The notes: generated by a model from the letters alone, not told the origin. Shown: positions 37,445 through 49,183, counted from the stretch's first letter. The stretch: 64,000 bases of DNA from Candidatus Avidehalobacter gallistercoris (GCA_018715045.1 DVMH01000027.1:6306-70305); one strand, 5' to 3'. A program made the numbers and translations.

Positions 37445-38296
37445 ATGTCCCCCAAGATAGACGCCACCCGGCAGAATTTTGCCGCCATGCGAACGGTTCT
37501 GCTCTGTCCAGTCTGCAATAAGCGCTTAAATCTTTCTGGAAACAGCTTTCGCTGCCCGTCCGGGCATTGCTTTGATCTTTCAGCCAAAAATTATCTTAAC
37601 CTGGCGCCGCATTTGAAACCCCCCGCACTCTACGACGAGCGGCTTTTTGCCGCCCGCCGCGCCGTATTTGCCGCCGGATTTTACGCGCCGTTAGCCGAAG
37701 CGCTGATTGAGCAGGCGCTGGCGTTTCAACAAAAGGTTGGCCGTTCCATAACTGTGCTGGATGCTGGCTGCGGCGAGGGCTATTTTGCCGCGGCAATGCT
37801 TAACGCGTTGGGCAGTGATAAATGTGAAATGCTGGCGCTGGATCTGGCAAAACCCGGCCTGCTGCTGGCCGCCCGCCTCTGCCGAGAGCTGAAGTGCCTG
37901 TTGGCCGATTTGGCACGGCTGCCCGTTCCTGACAACTCGCTTGATATCATCTTGAACGTGCTTTCTCCCGCTAACTATCAGGAATTTCGGCGGGTACTGC
38001 ATCCCGGCGGTTTGCTGTTGAAAATCGCCCCCGGTGCGGACTATCTACAGGAGGTGCGTCAGGCGTTTAATCTGCCGCCCGGTGAAAAAAGCGAAGCGGA
38101 AAAACTGCTCGCCGCCGCCGCCAGCACTTACAGTGCGGCTGATCTACGCTATACAAAACACGTCACCAGCGAACAGAGGAAGGCTTTACTGGCTATGAGC
38201 CCTCTCGCCGGTCATCATACCGCACCCAAAGCAGATTTCACTGAGGTGACGATTGATTTGCAGATTTTAATCGCACAGTTTGGCGCGGATTATTGA
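37445..38296 (+). CDS. rlmA: 23S rRNA (guanine-N1)-methyltransferase RlmA-like (Zn-ribbon + SAM MTase)
   Basis: Start MSPKIDAT at 37445 after GAGGAGG. Motifs: CPVCNKRLNLSGNSFRCPSGHCFDLSAKNYLNL and VLDAGCGEGYF. Confidence 0.65.
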   Translation: MSPKIDATRQNFAAMRTVLLCPVCNKRLNLSGNSFRCPSGHCFDLSAKNYLNLAPHLKPPALYDERLFAARRAVFAAGFYAPLAEALIEQALAFQQKVGRSITVLDAGCGEGYFAAAMLNALGSDKCEMLALDLAKPGLLLAARLCRELKCLLADLARLPVPDNSLDIILNVLSPANYQEFRRVLHPGGLLLKIAPGADYLQEVRQAFNLPPGEKSEAEKLLAAAASTYSAADLRYTKHVTSEQRKALLAMSPLAGHHTAPKADFTEVTIDLQILIAQFGADY

Positions 38297-38427
38297 GGTT
38301 CTGATAGAGCTTTCCATTTTATTATGATCTGAGTAATTTTGCGTGAAAAAGTATTATCCGAGCCGCCGAAGTAAGCAGCCCAGGACAGAGTATTTGCCTT
38401 ATCTATTGGCACAAAACCGCATGAGAA

Positions 38428-38465
38428 AAGCGGCCTGATTGCTATCAGGCCGCTTCTTTTTCTTT
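38428..38465. terminator. Bidirectional terminator between rlmA-like (+) and thioredoxin (-)
   Basis: 12-bp stem AAGCGGCCTGAT / ATCAGGCCGCTT with a 4-nt loop. T-rich run on the right and A-rich run on the left. Confidence 0.8.
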
Positions 38466-38473
38466 TGAACAGT

Positions 38474-38794
38474 TTATTTCAAAAGTTCCTCCACCGCGTC
38501 ACGCGATTTAAAGCCAATGGTGGAATTAACCTGCTTGCCGTTGCGATAAACAATCAGCGTGGGAATCGTATCCACACCGAAACGCCGTGCCAGATCTTCC
38601 TCCTCGTCGATATTGATCTTGCCAACGGTAAGTTCCTTGCCGTCCGCCTCCCAGGCCGCATCCACCTGCTGCAATACAGGCTCAATCATGCGGCAGTAAC
38701 CGCACCACGGCGCCCAAAAATCAAGCAGCACCGTGCCCGGAGCCTGCTCCACCTCCGCCGCGAAGTTTTCGGCAGTAATCATTACTTCTGCCAT
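38474..38794 (-). CDS. trxA: Thioredoxin with non-canonical WCGYC active site
   Basis: 106 aa. Motifs: VLLDFWAPWCGYCRMIEPVL, KINIDEEEDLARRFGVDTIPTLIVYRNGK. Confidence 0.9.
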   Translation of the reverse strand: MAEVMITAENFAAEVEQAPGTVLLDFWAPWCGYCRMIEPVLQQVDAAWEADGKELTVGKINIDEEEDLARRFGVDTIPTLIVYRNGKQVNSTIGFKSRDAVEELLK

Positions 38795-38851
38795 AAAAAT
38801 CAGCTCCTTTCAGCTTTTCTGCAATATTTAATATAGCCGCCGCGCCGTCAA

Positions 38852-40678
38852 TTATTCGACGGTAACGGATTTGGCCAAATTCTTCGGCTGGTCGATACTG
38901 CACCCTTTCTGGCTCGCCACATAATAGGCAAAAAGCTGCAACGGAATCACCGTCAGCGAGGGCTGCAACAACGGCAGCGTTTTCGGCACGCTGAACACCA
39001 CGTCGGAAACTGCGGCCATTTGCTTGTCGCCCGCCACCGCCACCGAGACCAGATAAGCGCCGCGTGCCCGCACCTCCTCGGCATTGCTCTTGATTTTCTC
39101 AACCAACGGCTGATACGTCGCCAATGTAAACACCAAAGTACCCTGCTCAATCAGCGAGATAGTACCATGCTTCAGCTCGCCCCCGGCATATGCCTCGGAA
39201 TGGATATACGAAATCTCTTTCAGCTTGAGGCTTCCCTCCATCGCTACGGCGTAATCCAGATTGCGCCCAATGAAGAAAATACTGTGCTTGTTGTATAACT
39301 GCGACGCCCAATATTGGATCTTTTCCTTATCCGCCAGCACGTCTTCAACCTGAGCCGGCAGGTTCGCCAGCGCTTCGCAGTAAGCGGCCAATTCTTCTTC
39401 CGGCATGGTTCCCAGCAGCTCGGCAAATTTCAACGCCAACAGGTCGATAACCACCAGCTGAGTGCTGTACGCCTTGGTGGTGGCAACGGCAATTTCCGGC
39501 CCCGCCCAGGTATAAAGCACGTCGTCTGCCTCACGGGCAATGGTGCTGCCCAGCACATTCACAATGGCCAGCACCCGCGCCCCTTGCGCCTTGCCCTCAC
39601 GCATGGCGGCAATGGTGTCGGCTGTTTCGCCGGATTGGGATATGACGATCATCAGTGTGCGTTCGTCAATGATTGGCTGACGATAGCGGAACTCCGATGC
39701 GATATCCACCTCCACCGGGATACGGGTAGTACTTTCCAGCACATATTTGCCCACAACGCCCACATGATAGGACGATCCGCAGGCCACGATATAGATTTTA
39801 GACGTGTTTTGCAGCATTTCCCGCGTGATGTGGAAGTCGTCAAGCACGATGCCGCCGTCTTTTAAGCGTGGGCTGACGGTCTTTTGCAGGCTTTGCGGCT
39901 GCTCCATGATTTCCTTAAACATGAAATGCTCATAGCCGCCCTTTTCTGCCGCCGAAACGTCCCAGTCGATATGCGTGGAGCGCACCGGCTTTTCATCACC
40001 ATTGGTATCGAATATCCTGACCCTATCCGACGCAATAATGACGATTTCCCGGTCTTCCAGATAGCAGACCTCCTGCGTGTGCGCCAAAAGAGAGGGCACG
40101 TCGCTGGCGATCAGGTTCTCGCCCTGGCCTAAGCCCACCACCAGAGGACTGTCTTTCCGTACAGCATAGAAGCGCTCCGGCTCGTCCGCCGAGAGCACCC
40201 CCAGCGAATAAGACCCCTCCAGCACGTTCAGCAGATGGATCATCGTATCCAACATATCACCCTGATAGAAATACTCCACCAACTGGGCAATAACCTCAGT
40301 ATCAGTCTGCGAAATGAAGCTGAAACCTTTTTTTTGCAACATTTCTTTCAGCTGCTGATAGTTTTCGATAATTCCGTTATGTACCACCGCAAAGCGCCCG
40401 GAATTGCTCAGGTGCGGGTGCGCGTTAACATCGGACGGCTCGCCGTGAGTCGCCCAGCGCGTGTGCCCGATACCGACATGGCCTGGCACCTTTTCACCGT
40501 TTGCCGTCAAATCTTTCAGTACCTGCAGCTTGCCCGCCGCCTTGGCGATATCAATTTTATCTCCCTGAATCACCGCAATGCCCGCTGAATCATAGCCGCG
40601 GTATTCCAGCTTTTCCAGCCCTTTCAGCAGCACCGGAGCCGCCTCAAGCGATCCAGCATAGCCAACTATGCCGCACAT
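38852..40678 (-). CDS. glmS: Glutamine--fructose-6-phosphate aminotransferase (isomerizing)
   Basis: True start MCGIVGYAG at 40678 (the ORF track opens at TTG 40756, inside the promoter). Motifs: GIGHTRWATHG, two SIS domains, and the C-terminal NLAKSVTVE. Confidence 0.97.
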   Translation of the reverse strand: MCGIVGYAGSLEAAPVLLKGLEKLEYRGYDSAGIAVIQGDKIDIAKAAGKLQVLKDLTANGEKVPGHVGIGHTRWATHGEPSDVNAHPHLSNSGRFAVVHNGIIENYQQLKEMLQKKGFSFISQTDTEVIAQLVEYFYQGDMLDTMIHLLNVLEGSYSLGVLSADEPERFYAVRKDSPLVVGLGQGENLIASDVPSLLAHTQEVCYLEDREIVIIASDRVRIFDTNGDEKPVRSTHIDWDVSAAEKGGYEHFMFKEIMEQPQSLQKTVSPRLKDGGIVLDDFHITREMLQNTSKIYIVACGSSYHVGVVGKYVLESTTRIPVEVDIASEFRYRQPIIDERTLMIVISQSGETADTIAAMREGKAQGARVLAIVNVLGSTIAREADDVLYTWAGPEIAVATTKAYSTQLVVIDLLALKFAELLGTMPEEELAAYCEALANLPAQVEDVLADKEKIQYWASQLYNKHSIFFIGRNLDYAVAMEGSLKLKEISYIHSEAYAGGELKHGTISLIEQGTLVFTLATYQPLVEKIKSNAEEVRARGAYLVSVAVAGDKQMAAVSDVVFSVPKTLPLLQPSLTVIPLQLFAYYVASQKGCSIDQPKNLAKSVTVE

Positions 40679-40727
40679 ATTAATCCCCCTTTTTCCCGAA
40701 CAATTAACAACTATATACTTAATAGCA

Positions 40728-40756
40728 ATTATATTATACCGGCTGCCTTTTTGCAA
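40728..40756 (-). promoter_or_regulatory. Predicted glmS promoter (leaves only a ~40-nt 5' UTR)
   Basis: The - strand reads TTGCAA (40751-40756), a 17-nt spacer, then TATAAT (40728-40733). Confidence 0.55.
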
Positions 40757-40764
40757 GTTTTAAT

Positions 40765-40780
40765 TCTTAGCCGGCTAAGA
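40765..40780. promoter_or_regulatory. Perfect 16-bp palindrome in the divergent glmS / thioesterase intergenic region (candidate operator)
   Basis: TCTTAGCCGGCTAAGA is its own reverse complement. It lies 9 nt upstream of the glmS -35 element. Confidence 0.35.
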
Positions 40781-40914
40781 CATTGATTTTGTCCGCATTA
40801 TGATTGTATTTTTGCGGCGAATGTAGTATACTGTTAAATGGTGTTTTGTTTATATTTTCCAACCCGGCCTTATGGCCAAGGGGTTGGTTTAATGATGAAA
40901 GTAAGGAGGGCAAA

Positions 40915-41439
40915 ATGCGTTATAAAGTTTGCGGCAAACAGTACCGCAACGATAAATGCCTGGTCTGCGGCTTTGACAATCCACTGAGCCTTGGCATGGA
41001 TTTCTGGCAACTGGAAAACGGGGAGCTGGCAGCTTACTGCATATGCAGAGAATACCACCAAAGCTACCCGGGGCGCACCCACGGCGGCGTCATCAGCGCC
41101 CTGCTGGACGAGGTCATCGGCCGGGCTATTTGCATCACCGAGCCTACTTGCTGGGGTGTAACGGTTGAACTTAATGTTAAATTCAAGCAACCGGTTCCGC
41201 TGGAAGAGAAGCTGCTGATCGTGGGGCGTATCACCCGCAACCGCAGCCGTATGTTCGAGGGCAGCGGCGAGATATACGACGGCAACGGCAATGTGCTTGC
41301 CACCGCCAGCGGCAATTATATGAAGCTGCCGGCAGATAAGATAGTTCATACCGATGACCCGGAAGGGCCGGTCAACGCGATGAACTGGCGGCTGGTAGAC
41401 GAAACGCCCGCGCCAGAGTATATTGAGCTGCCTTATTGA
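40915..41439 (+). CDS. PaaI/hotdog-fold acyl-CoA thioesterase family protein with N-terminal Cys-rich segment
   Basis: Start MRYKVCGKQ at 40915 after GTAAGGAGGG. Motifs: KCLVCGFDNP and GRTHGGVISALLDEVIGRAI. Confidence 0.7.
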   Translation: MRYKVCGKQYRNDKCLVCGFDNPLSLGMDFWQLENGELAAYCICREYHQSYPGRTHGGVISALLDEVIGRAICITEPTCWGVTVELNVKFKQPVPLEEKLLIVGRITRNRSRMFEGSGEIYDGNGNVLATASGNYMKLPADKIVHTDDPEGPVNAMNWRLVDETPAPEYIELPY

Positions 41440-41463
41440 TTTTAAGCATATGTGGAGGATTTT

Positions 41464-44124
<2,661 letters not shown>

Positions 44125-44141
44125 TCCGGAGGTTGATATCA

Positions 44142-45239
44142 ATGTTGACAGACTGGAAACCGCAAATTGAGCGAGCCGAGGAAAAACTGCACGAGCTGGA
44201 AAAAGCTCTCGACATGACCTGAAGGGAGGATGAGGCCGCGCGGCTGGAAGAACAATCCGCCGCCCCCGGCTTCTGGGATGATCAAGAGGCGGCGCAGAGC
44301 CTGCTGCAAAAGCTGACCCAACTGAAATCCGTCATCAACAACTATAATGATTTAAGCAGCCGTCTTTCCGACGTGCAAACATTGCTGGAATTGGCGCTGG
44401 AGGAAAATGACGAGGCCCTGGAAAAGGAAATCGAACATGATTTCCACGCGCTATCCCGCGATTTGGATAAGCTGGAGATCGAAGTGCTGTTCAGCGGCCC
44501 CTATGACGACCACAACTGCATTTTAACGCTGCACGCGGGTGCGGGCGGCACTGAAGCGCAGGACTGGGCGGATATGCTATACCGCATGTATACCCGCTTT
44601 TGCGAGAAGAATGGCTTCAAATGCGAGGTCCTGGATTATCTGGACGGTGAAGAAGCCGGCTTAAAAAGCGTTACCTTGGGCATTGAGGGCGCACATGCTT
44701 ATGGTCATTTCCGCTCGGAAAAAGGGGTTCATCGGCTGGTGCGTATCTCGCCGTTTGACGCTTCGGCCAGACGTCACACCTCGTTCGCTTCGGTAGATAT
44801 TATGCCGCAGGTACAGGAAGATAATGAAATCATTATCCACCCGGAGGAGTTAAAAATAGACACCTATCGCAGCGGCGGTGCGGGCGGCCAGCACGTCAAC
44901 AAGACTGACTCTGCCGTGCGTATCACTCACCTGCCCACTGGCATTGTAGTGCAGTGCCAGGATGAACGCTCGCAGTATAACAACAAGGATCGTGCGATGA
45001 ATCTGCTAAAAGCAAGGCTGCTGGAAGAAAAAGTGCGCGAGCGCGAAAAAGAGCTGGCCGAAATCCGCGGCGAACACACCGAAATCGGCTGGGGCAACCA
45101 GATACGTTCTTACGTGTTTCAGCCATACCGCATGGTAAAAGACCACCGCACAAATGAAGAATCCGGCAACGTTGACGCAGTAATGGACGGTGAGCTGCTG
45201 CCCTTTATGAGCGCTTATCTGAAAAAGTTTAAGGGTTGA
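44142..45239 (+). CDS. prfB: Peptide chain release factor 2, interrupted by an IN-FRAME TGA (44220-44222) at the position of the canonical +1 frameshift site
   Basis: GGAGG (44127-44131) is followed 10 nt later by ATG 44142. This opens 26 codons ([26 protein letters not shown]) ending in TGA. The same frame then stays open to 45239 ([28 protein letters not shown]...). It carries the RF2 motifs SPF ([15 protein letters not shown]) and GGQ ([21 protein letters not shown]). The ORF-track entry 44373..45239 is in the same frame as ATG 44142 (difference 231 nt). Confidence 0.85.
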
Positions 45240-45411
45240 TAAACTAAAACTTTTGGCAGAGTTTTGATAAAAATTTTCGCTTCATCAATAAATTACACGG
45301 AAAGCATCGGTAAAACCTGCGTGTTCAGAGTACAGCGCAAGGCGGACAAAAAGAATGCATTAGTTAACTTTTATTAATATAAAATTTTGCAAGGATTTGG
45401 GGGTTATATTT

Positions 45412-46221
45412 GTGGATATTGTGGCATTAGAGGCCAAGGCCAAAGAAATGCGGCGGGAGATCGTCAAAATGATCGCCACCGCGGCCAGCGGTCACCCCGG
45501 CGGCTCGCTTTCCGCCGCGGATATTCTGACAGTGCTCTACTTTGATAAAATGAACCTGCGGCCTGAAGAGCCGCATTGGGAGGAACGCGACTATTTCGTT
45601 CTCTCCAAGGGGCACGCCGCCCCTGCCTTATACACGGCTTTGGCTCTCAGGGGATTCTTCCCGCTGGAACAGCTGCCAACGCTGAGACAACTGCATAGCC
45701 CGTTGCAGGGGCACCCGGTCAGCAGCAAGGTACCGGGCGTTGACGTCAGTACCGGATCGTTGGGTCAGGGTATCAGCGTGGCCTGCGGCATTGCCAAGGG
45801 ACTGAAAATTGACGGCAAACCCAACCGTGTCTACGCTCTTTTGGGCGACGGCGAATGTCAGGAGGGCGAAGTTTGGGAGGCTTTAATGTTTGCCTCTCAT
45901 TACAAGCTGAACAATCTGACTGTAATCATCGACAATAACCGCCTGCAGATTGACGGCCCGGTGGACGAGGTGATGTCCACGGCGCCACTGGATAAGAAGC
46001 TGGATGCTTTCGGCTTCAACGTGCTGCTGGTGAACGGCCACAATCTGGAAAGCATCGGCCAGGCTATTGATCGCGCGCAGCAAGAATCGAGCCGCCCCAC
46101 CGCCATAATCGCCAACACAGTAAAGGGACGTGGTGTTTCGTTCATGGAAAATAAGGTAGGCTGGCACGGCACGGCGCCCAAGCCGGAAGAAGCTGCTCAA
46201 GCCCTGCAGGAATTGGCATAA
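45412..46221 (+). CDS. tkt: Transketolase, N-terminal (TPP-binding) subunit
   Basis: The ORF track opens at TTG 45397. GTG 45412 is better spaced from GGGGG. Motifs: GHPGGSLSAADIL, SKGHAAPALY and GDGECQEGEVWEA. Confidence 0.9.
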   Translation: MDIVALEAKAKEMRREIVKMIATAASGHPGGSLSAADILTVLYFDKMNLRPEEPHWEERDYFVLSKGHAAPALYTALALRGFFPLEQLPTLRQLHSPLQGHPVSSKVPGVDVSTGSLGQGISVACGIAKGLKIDGKPNRVYALLGDGECQEGEVWEALMFASHYKLNNLTVIIDNNRLQIDGPVDEVMSTAPLDKKLDAFGFNVLLVNGHNLESIGQAIDRAQQESSRPTAIIANTVKGRGVSFMENKVGWHGTAPKPEEAAQALQELA

Positions 46222-46239
46222 GCAAGGGAGGAAAATCAA

Positions 46240-47178
46240 ATGACAGAAAAAATTGCAACTCGCGACGCTTACGGCCAAACGCTGGCGGAGCTGGCAGCCA
46301 CTGACGAAAAGTTGGTGGTTTTGGACGCTGACCTTGCCAAATCTACCAAAACTGCCGAGTTTGCCAAAGCAGCCCCGGAACGTTTTGTGGAAATGGGCAT
46401 CGCGGAACAGAATATGATTGGCGTGGCGGCTGGTCTGGCCACACTGGGCAAACATGTTTTTTGTAGCTCTTTCGCTATTTTTGCGGTGGGGCGCGCCTTC
46501 GAGCAGGTGCGTAACGCCTTGGCCTATCCGGGGCTCCCGGTAACGGTGGCGGCTACCCATGCCGGAATCACCGTGGGGGAGGACGGTGCAACGCATCAGG
46601 CAATAGAAGATATCGCGCTGATGCGTGCAGTGCCAAACATGACGGTGATCGTGCCCACCGATGCACGGGAAACAGCGCAGGCGGTGAAAGCCCTGGCGGA
46701 ATATGATAAACCCGCCTATCTGCGTCTGGGCCGTCTGGCCGTGGAAACCGTGATGCCAGCGGACTACCAGTTTACAATCGGCAAGGGATACGTTCTGCGC
46801 GAGGGCAGCGACGCGGTCATCTTCGCCTGCGGTTTGATGGTACAGGAGGCTATGTATGCAGCAGAACAGCTTGCCGCCGAGGGAATCAATATTACGGTGG
46901 CGAATATGGCAACCGTTAAACCGTTGGACACTGAGCTGGTTATCCATCTGGCCGAAAAGTGCAAAGCGGTGGTAACAGCAGAAGAGCACAACATTATCGG
47001 CGGCTTGGGAAGTGCGGTAGCCGAGGTCTTGAGCGAAAACTGCCCTACACCACTGCTCCGAGTTGGCGTGGCCGACAGCTTCGGTCAATCAGGCAAACCA
47101 GCCGAGCTGATGGCAGAATATAATCTCACGGCGGCAGCTATCGCGGCTAAGGTGCGCGAGGTCATCAAGCGCAAATAG
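46240..47178 (+). CDS. tkt: Transketolase, C-terminal (pyrimidine-binding) subunit
   Basis: 312 aa. Motifs: RDAYGQTLAELA, FVEMGIAEQNMIGVAAGLA and EDGATHQAIEDIALMR. Confidence 0.9.
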   Translation: MTEKIATRDAYGQTLAELAATDEKLVVLDADLAKSTKTAEFAKAAPERFVEMGIAEQNMIGVAAGLATLGKHVFCSSFAIFAVGRAFEQVRNALAYPGLPVTVAATHAGITVGEDGATHQAIEDIALMRAVPNMTVIVPTDARETAQAVKALAEYDKPAYLRLGRLAVETVMPADYQFTIGKGYVLREGSDAVIFACGLMVQEAMYAAEQLAAEGINITVANMATVKPLDTELVIHLAEKCKAVVTAEEHNIIGGLGSAVAEVLSENCPTPLLRVGVADSFGQSGKPAELMAEYNLTAAAIAAKVREVIKRK

Positions 47179-47188
47179 AAACAACCCC

Positions 47189-47226
47189 AAAAAACCTCTT
47201 CGTCATGAAGGCGAAGAGGTTTTTTA
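47189..47226. terminator. Bidirectional Rho-independent terminator between tkt (+) and asnB (-)
   Basis: AAAAAA-CCTCTTCG...CGAAGAGG-TTTTTT. A second hairpin, GAGGGAACC-AAA-GGTTCCCTC-TTTTT, lies at 47247-47272. Confidence 0.8.
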
Positions 47227-47270
47227 TCAGACAATCTTAACAGCAGGAGGGAACCAAAGGTTCCCTCTTT

Positions 47271-49112
47271 TTATGCATCTACGTATTCGATATGATAATG
47301 CTTCAACCAATGATTCACCTGCAAAAAATAAGCTATCGTCTGCGGCGTCAACATCAGCTGGCCGTACCATGGCGTCTGTACGTCGCTATCAAGCAACTGT
47401 TCCAGCGCCTCCCTACGGCAAAAATCCAACAACGGCGCATTTCTGTCCGCCAGCACCTGCCGCAGCATTTCACTGACCACTGCCAAATAAACCGGGTTAT
47501 GCGTTTTGGGATATGGGCTTTTCTTGCGCCACAGCACCTCGTCCGGCAGCCACCCGCGCATGGCCTCGCGCAGCAACCCTTTTTCGTGTTCCTGCCAGTC
47601 CTTGAATGCCCAGGGCACGGTGTAAAGATACTCTGCAATGCGCCAGTCACAAAACGGTACCCGCACCTCCAGGCCGCTCCACATACTCATGCGGTCTTTG
47701 CGATCCAACAGCGTCTGCATAAACCAAGTCAGGTTAAGCGCCATCATTTCTTTAACACGGCGGTTATCGCCCGCACATTCCGTCAAAATATCCGCTTCGG
47801 CCAGTGTTTTTTCATATGCAGCATTGATATAGGCTTCACCATCAATCTGCTCCGCCAGCTCCGAGCGCAGAAATTCGCTCCGCCAGGCCGTTGACTGTGC
47901 CCAGGGGAAGCCATATTTAGCACGAATTTCCGGATCACGATACCACGGGTAACCGCCGAATATCTCATCCGCACACTCGCCGGAAAGCGCCACCGTTACT
48001 TCCTTTTTGATTTCGCGGCAAAACAGCAGCAGCGAGCTGTCCACATCGGCCATGCCCGGCAGATCGCGCGCCTCCACCGCTTCAAACAGAGCCGGCGCCA
48101 GAGCCTCGCTCTCCAGTACCACCAAATGATTTTCGGCGTTCAGATATTTGTTCATACGCCGGATAAATTCTTCATCGCTGTTCGGCTGGAATTTGCTGCG
48201 CTTGAAATAGCGTTCATTATCACGGTAGGTAACAGAAAACGTCTTGAGCCTGCGCCCGCTTGCAGTGTAATATTTATCAGCCACGGCAGCAATCAGACTG
48301 GAATCCAGCCCCCCAGATAAAAAGCAACCCAGCAGCACATCGCTGACCAGCTGTCGCTTGATCGCGTCCTCCACCAAATGCCGTACCTTGGCTGCTGCTT
48401 CAGCAAAACTATCATGACAGGGCGCATCATGCAAACGCCAATACGTCTGCTCCCGCCAGCCTGCTGCATCATAAACCGCCATACAAGCCGCCGGCAACTC
48501 CCGTACTCCAAGGAACACACCGCAGCCCGGCGTGCGCCCCGGCCCCATATATAACACCTCCGTCAGCCCACGGCGGTCGATCTGAGGTTTTACCTGCGGG
48601 TGTGCCAGCAGCGTCTTGATTTCTGAAGCAAACAGCAAAGTATCCCCCCGCATGGCATAAAACAGTGGCTTTACGCCAAAACGGTCGCGTGCCAGAAAAA
48701 GCCGCCCCACCGCCGGTTCCCACACCGCAAACGCAAAAATGCCGTTCAGACGCAACAGCAGATCCTCGCCCCACTCCGCAAAGCCGTGCAACAGCACCTC
48801 AGTATCGGAATGACCACGGAAATCATGACCCACAGCCAGAAGCTCTTGTCTAAGCTCCTCAGTATTATATATTTCGCCATTATACACCAGAACCAAATGC
48901 CGCCCCTGCCAGTCCAAATGCATCGGCTGACGTCCCTTGGCCACGTCAACCACCGCCAGCCGCGCGTGAATCAGCGCCGCGTGGCCGTCCCAGAAAAGGC
49001 CCTCCTGATCAGGCCCGCGCCGCTTAAGCGTCGCCTGCATCGCCCACCAAGTTGGCAGCTTTGCCTCAGCAAAATTCTCCTGCAAATTTATTTCCCCGGC
49101 AATTCCGCACAT
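47271..49112 (-). CDS. asnB: Asparagine synthase (glutamine-hydrolysing)
   Basis: 613 aa. N-terminal nucleophile MCGIAGE. Motifs: HRGPD-like RRGPDQEG and the PP-loop FLSGGLDSS. Confidence 0.9.
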   Translation of the reverse strand: MCGIAGEINLQENFAEAKLPTWWAMQATLKRRGPDQEGLFWDGHAALIHARLAVVDVAKGRQPMHLDWQGRHLVLVYNGEIYNTEELRQELLAVGHDFRGHSDTEVLLHGFAEWGEDLLLRLNGIFAFAVWEPAVGRLFLARDRFGVKPLFYAMRGDTLLFASEIKTLLAHPQVKPQIDRRGLTEVLYMGPGRTPGCGVFLGVRELPAACMAVYDAAGWREQTYWRLHDAPCHDSFAEAAAKVRHLVEDAIKRQLVSDVLLGCFLSGGLDSSLIAAVADKYYTASGRRLKTFSVTYRDNERYFKRSKFQPNSDEEFIRRMNKYLNAENHLVVLESEALAPALFEAVEARDLPGMADVDSSLLLFCREIKKEVTVALSGECADEIFGGYPWYRDPEIRAKYGFPWAQSTAWRSEFLRSELAEQIDGEAYINAAYEKTLAEADILTECAGDNRRVKEMMALNLTWFMQTLLDRKDRMSMWSGLEVRVPFCDWRIAEYLYTVPWAFKDWQEHEKGLLREAMRGWLPDEVLWRKKSPYPKTHNPVYLAVVSEMLRQVLADRNAPLLDFCRREALEQLLDSDVQTPWYGQLMLTPQTIAYFLQVNHWLKHYHIEYVDA

Positions 49113-49183
49113 TCCGCAACACTCCTCGCCCTATTCTCCCTCTCAATATATGCGGCGAGCGGCTGGTTTTGCCTGTTCATTGC

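Noticed and set aside
44223-44316. Alternative explanations for the prfB TGA: selenocysteine insertion, reinitiation at the SD-like AGGGAGGA, or a +1 product starting at ATG 44230.
   Set aside because: Selenocysteine: the only nearby hairpin (GCCGCGCGGC, 44235-44244) is too small and lacks SECIS loop features, and the aligned residue in other RF2s is an ordinary Asp. Reinitiation: there is no in-frame ATG/GTG/TTG within reach of the SD-like run; the first is GTG 44373, which would delete about 75 aa of domain 1. The +1 product: ATG 44230 is in the +1 frame and stops at 44314-44316. None of these is fully excluded without data.
45240-45411. Considered a TPP riboswitch upstream of the split transketolase genes.
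   Set aside because: There is no CUGAGA / ACCUGAUCUGGAUAAUGCCAGCG-like thi-box sequence in the 170-nt intergenic region.
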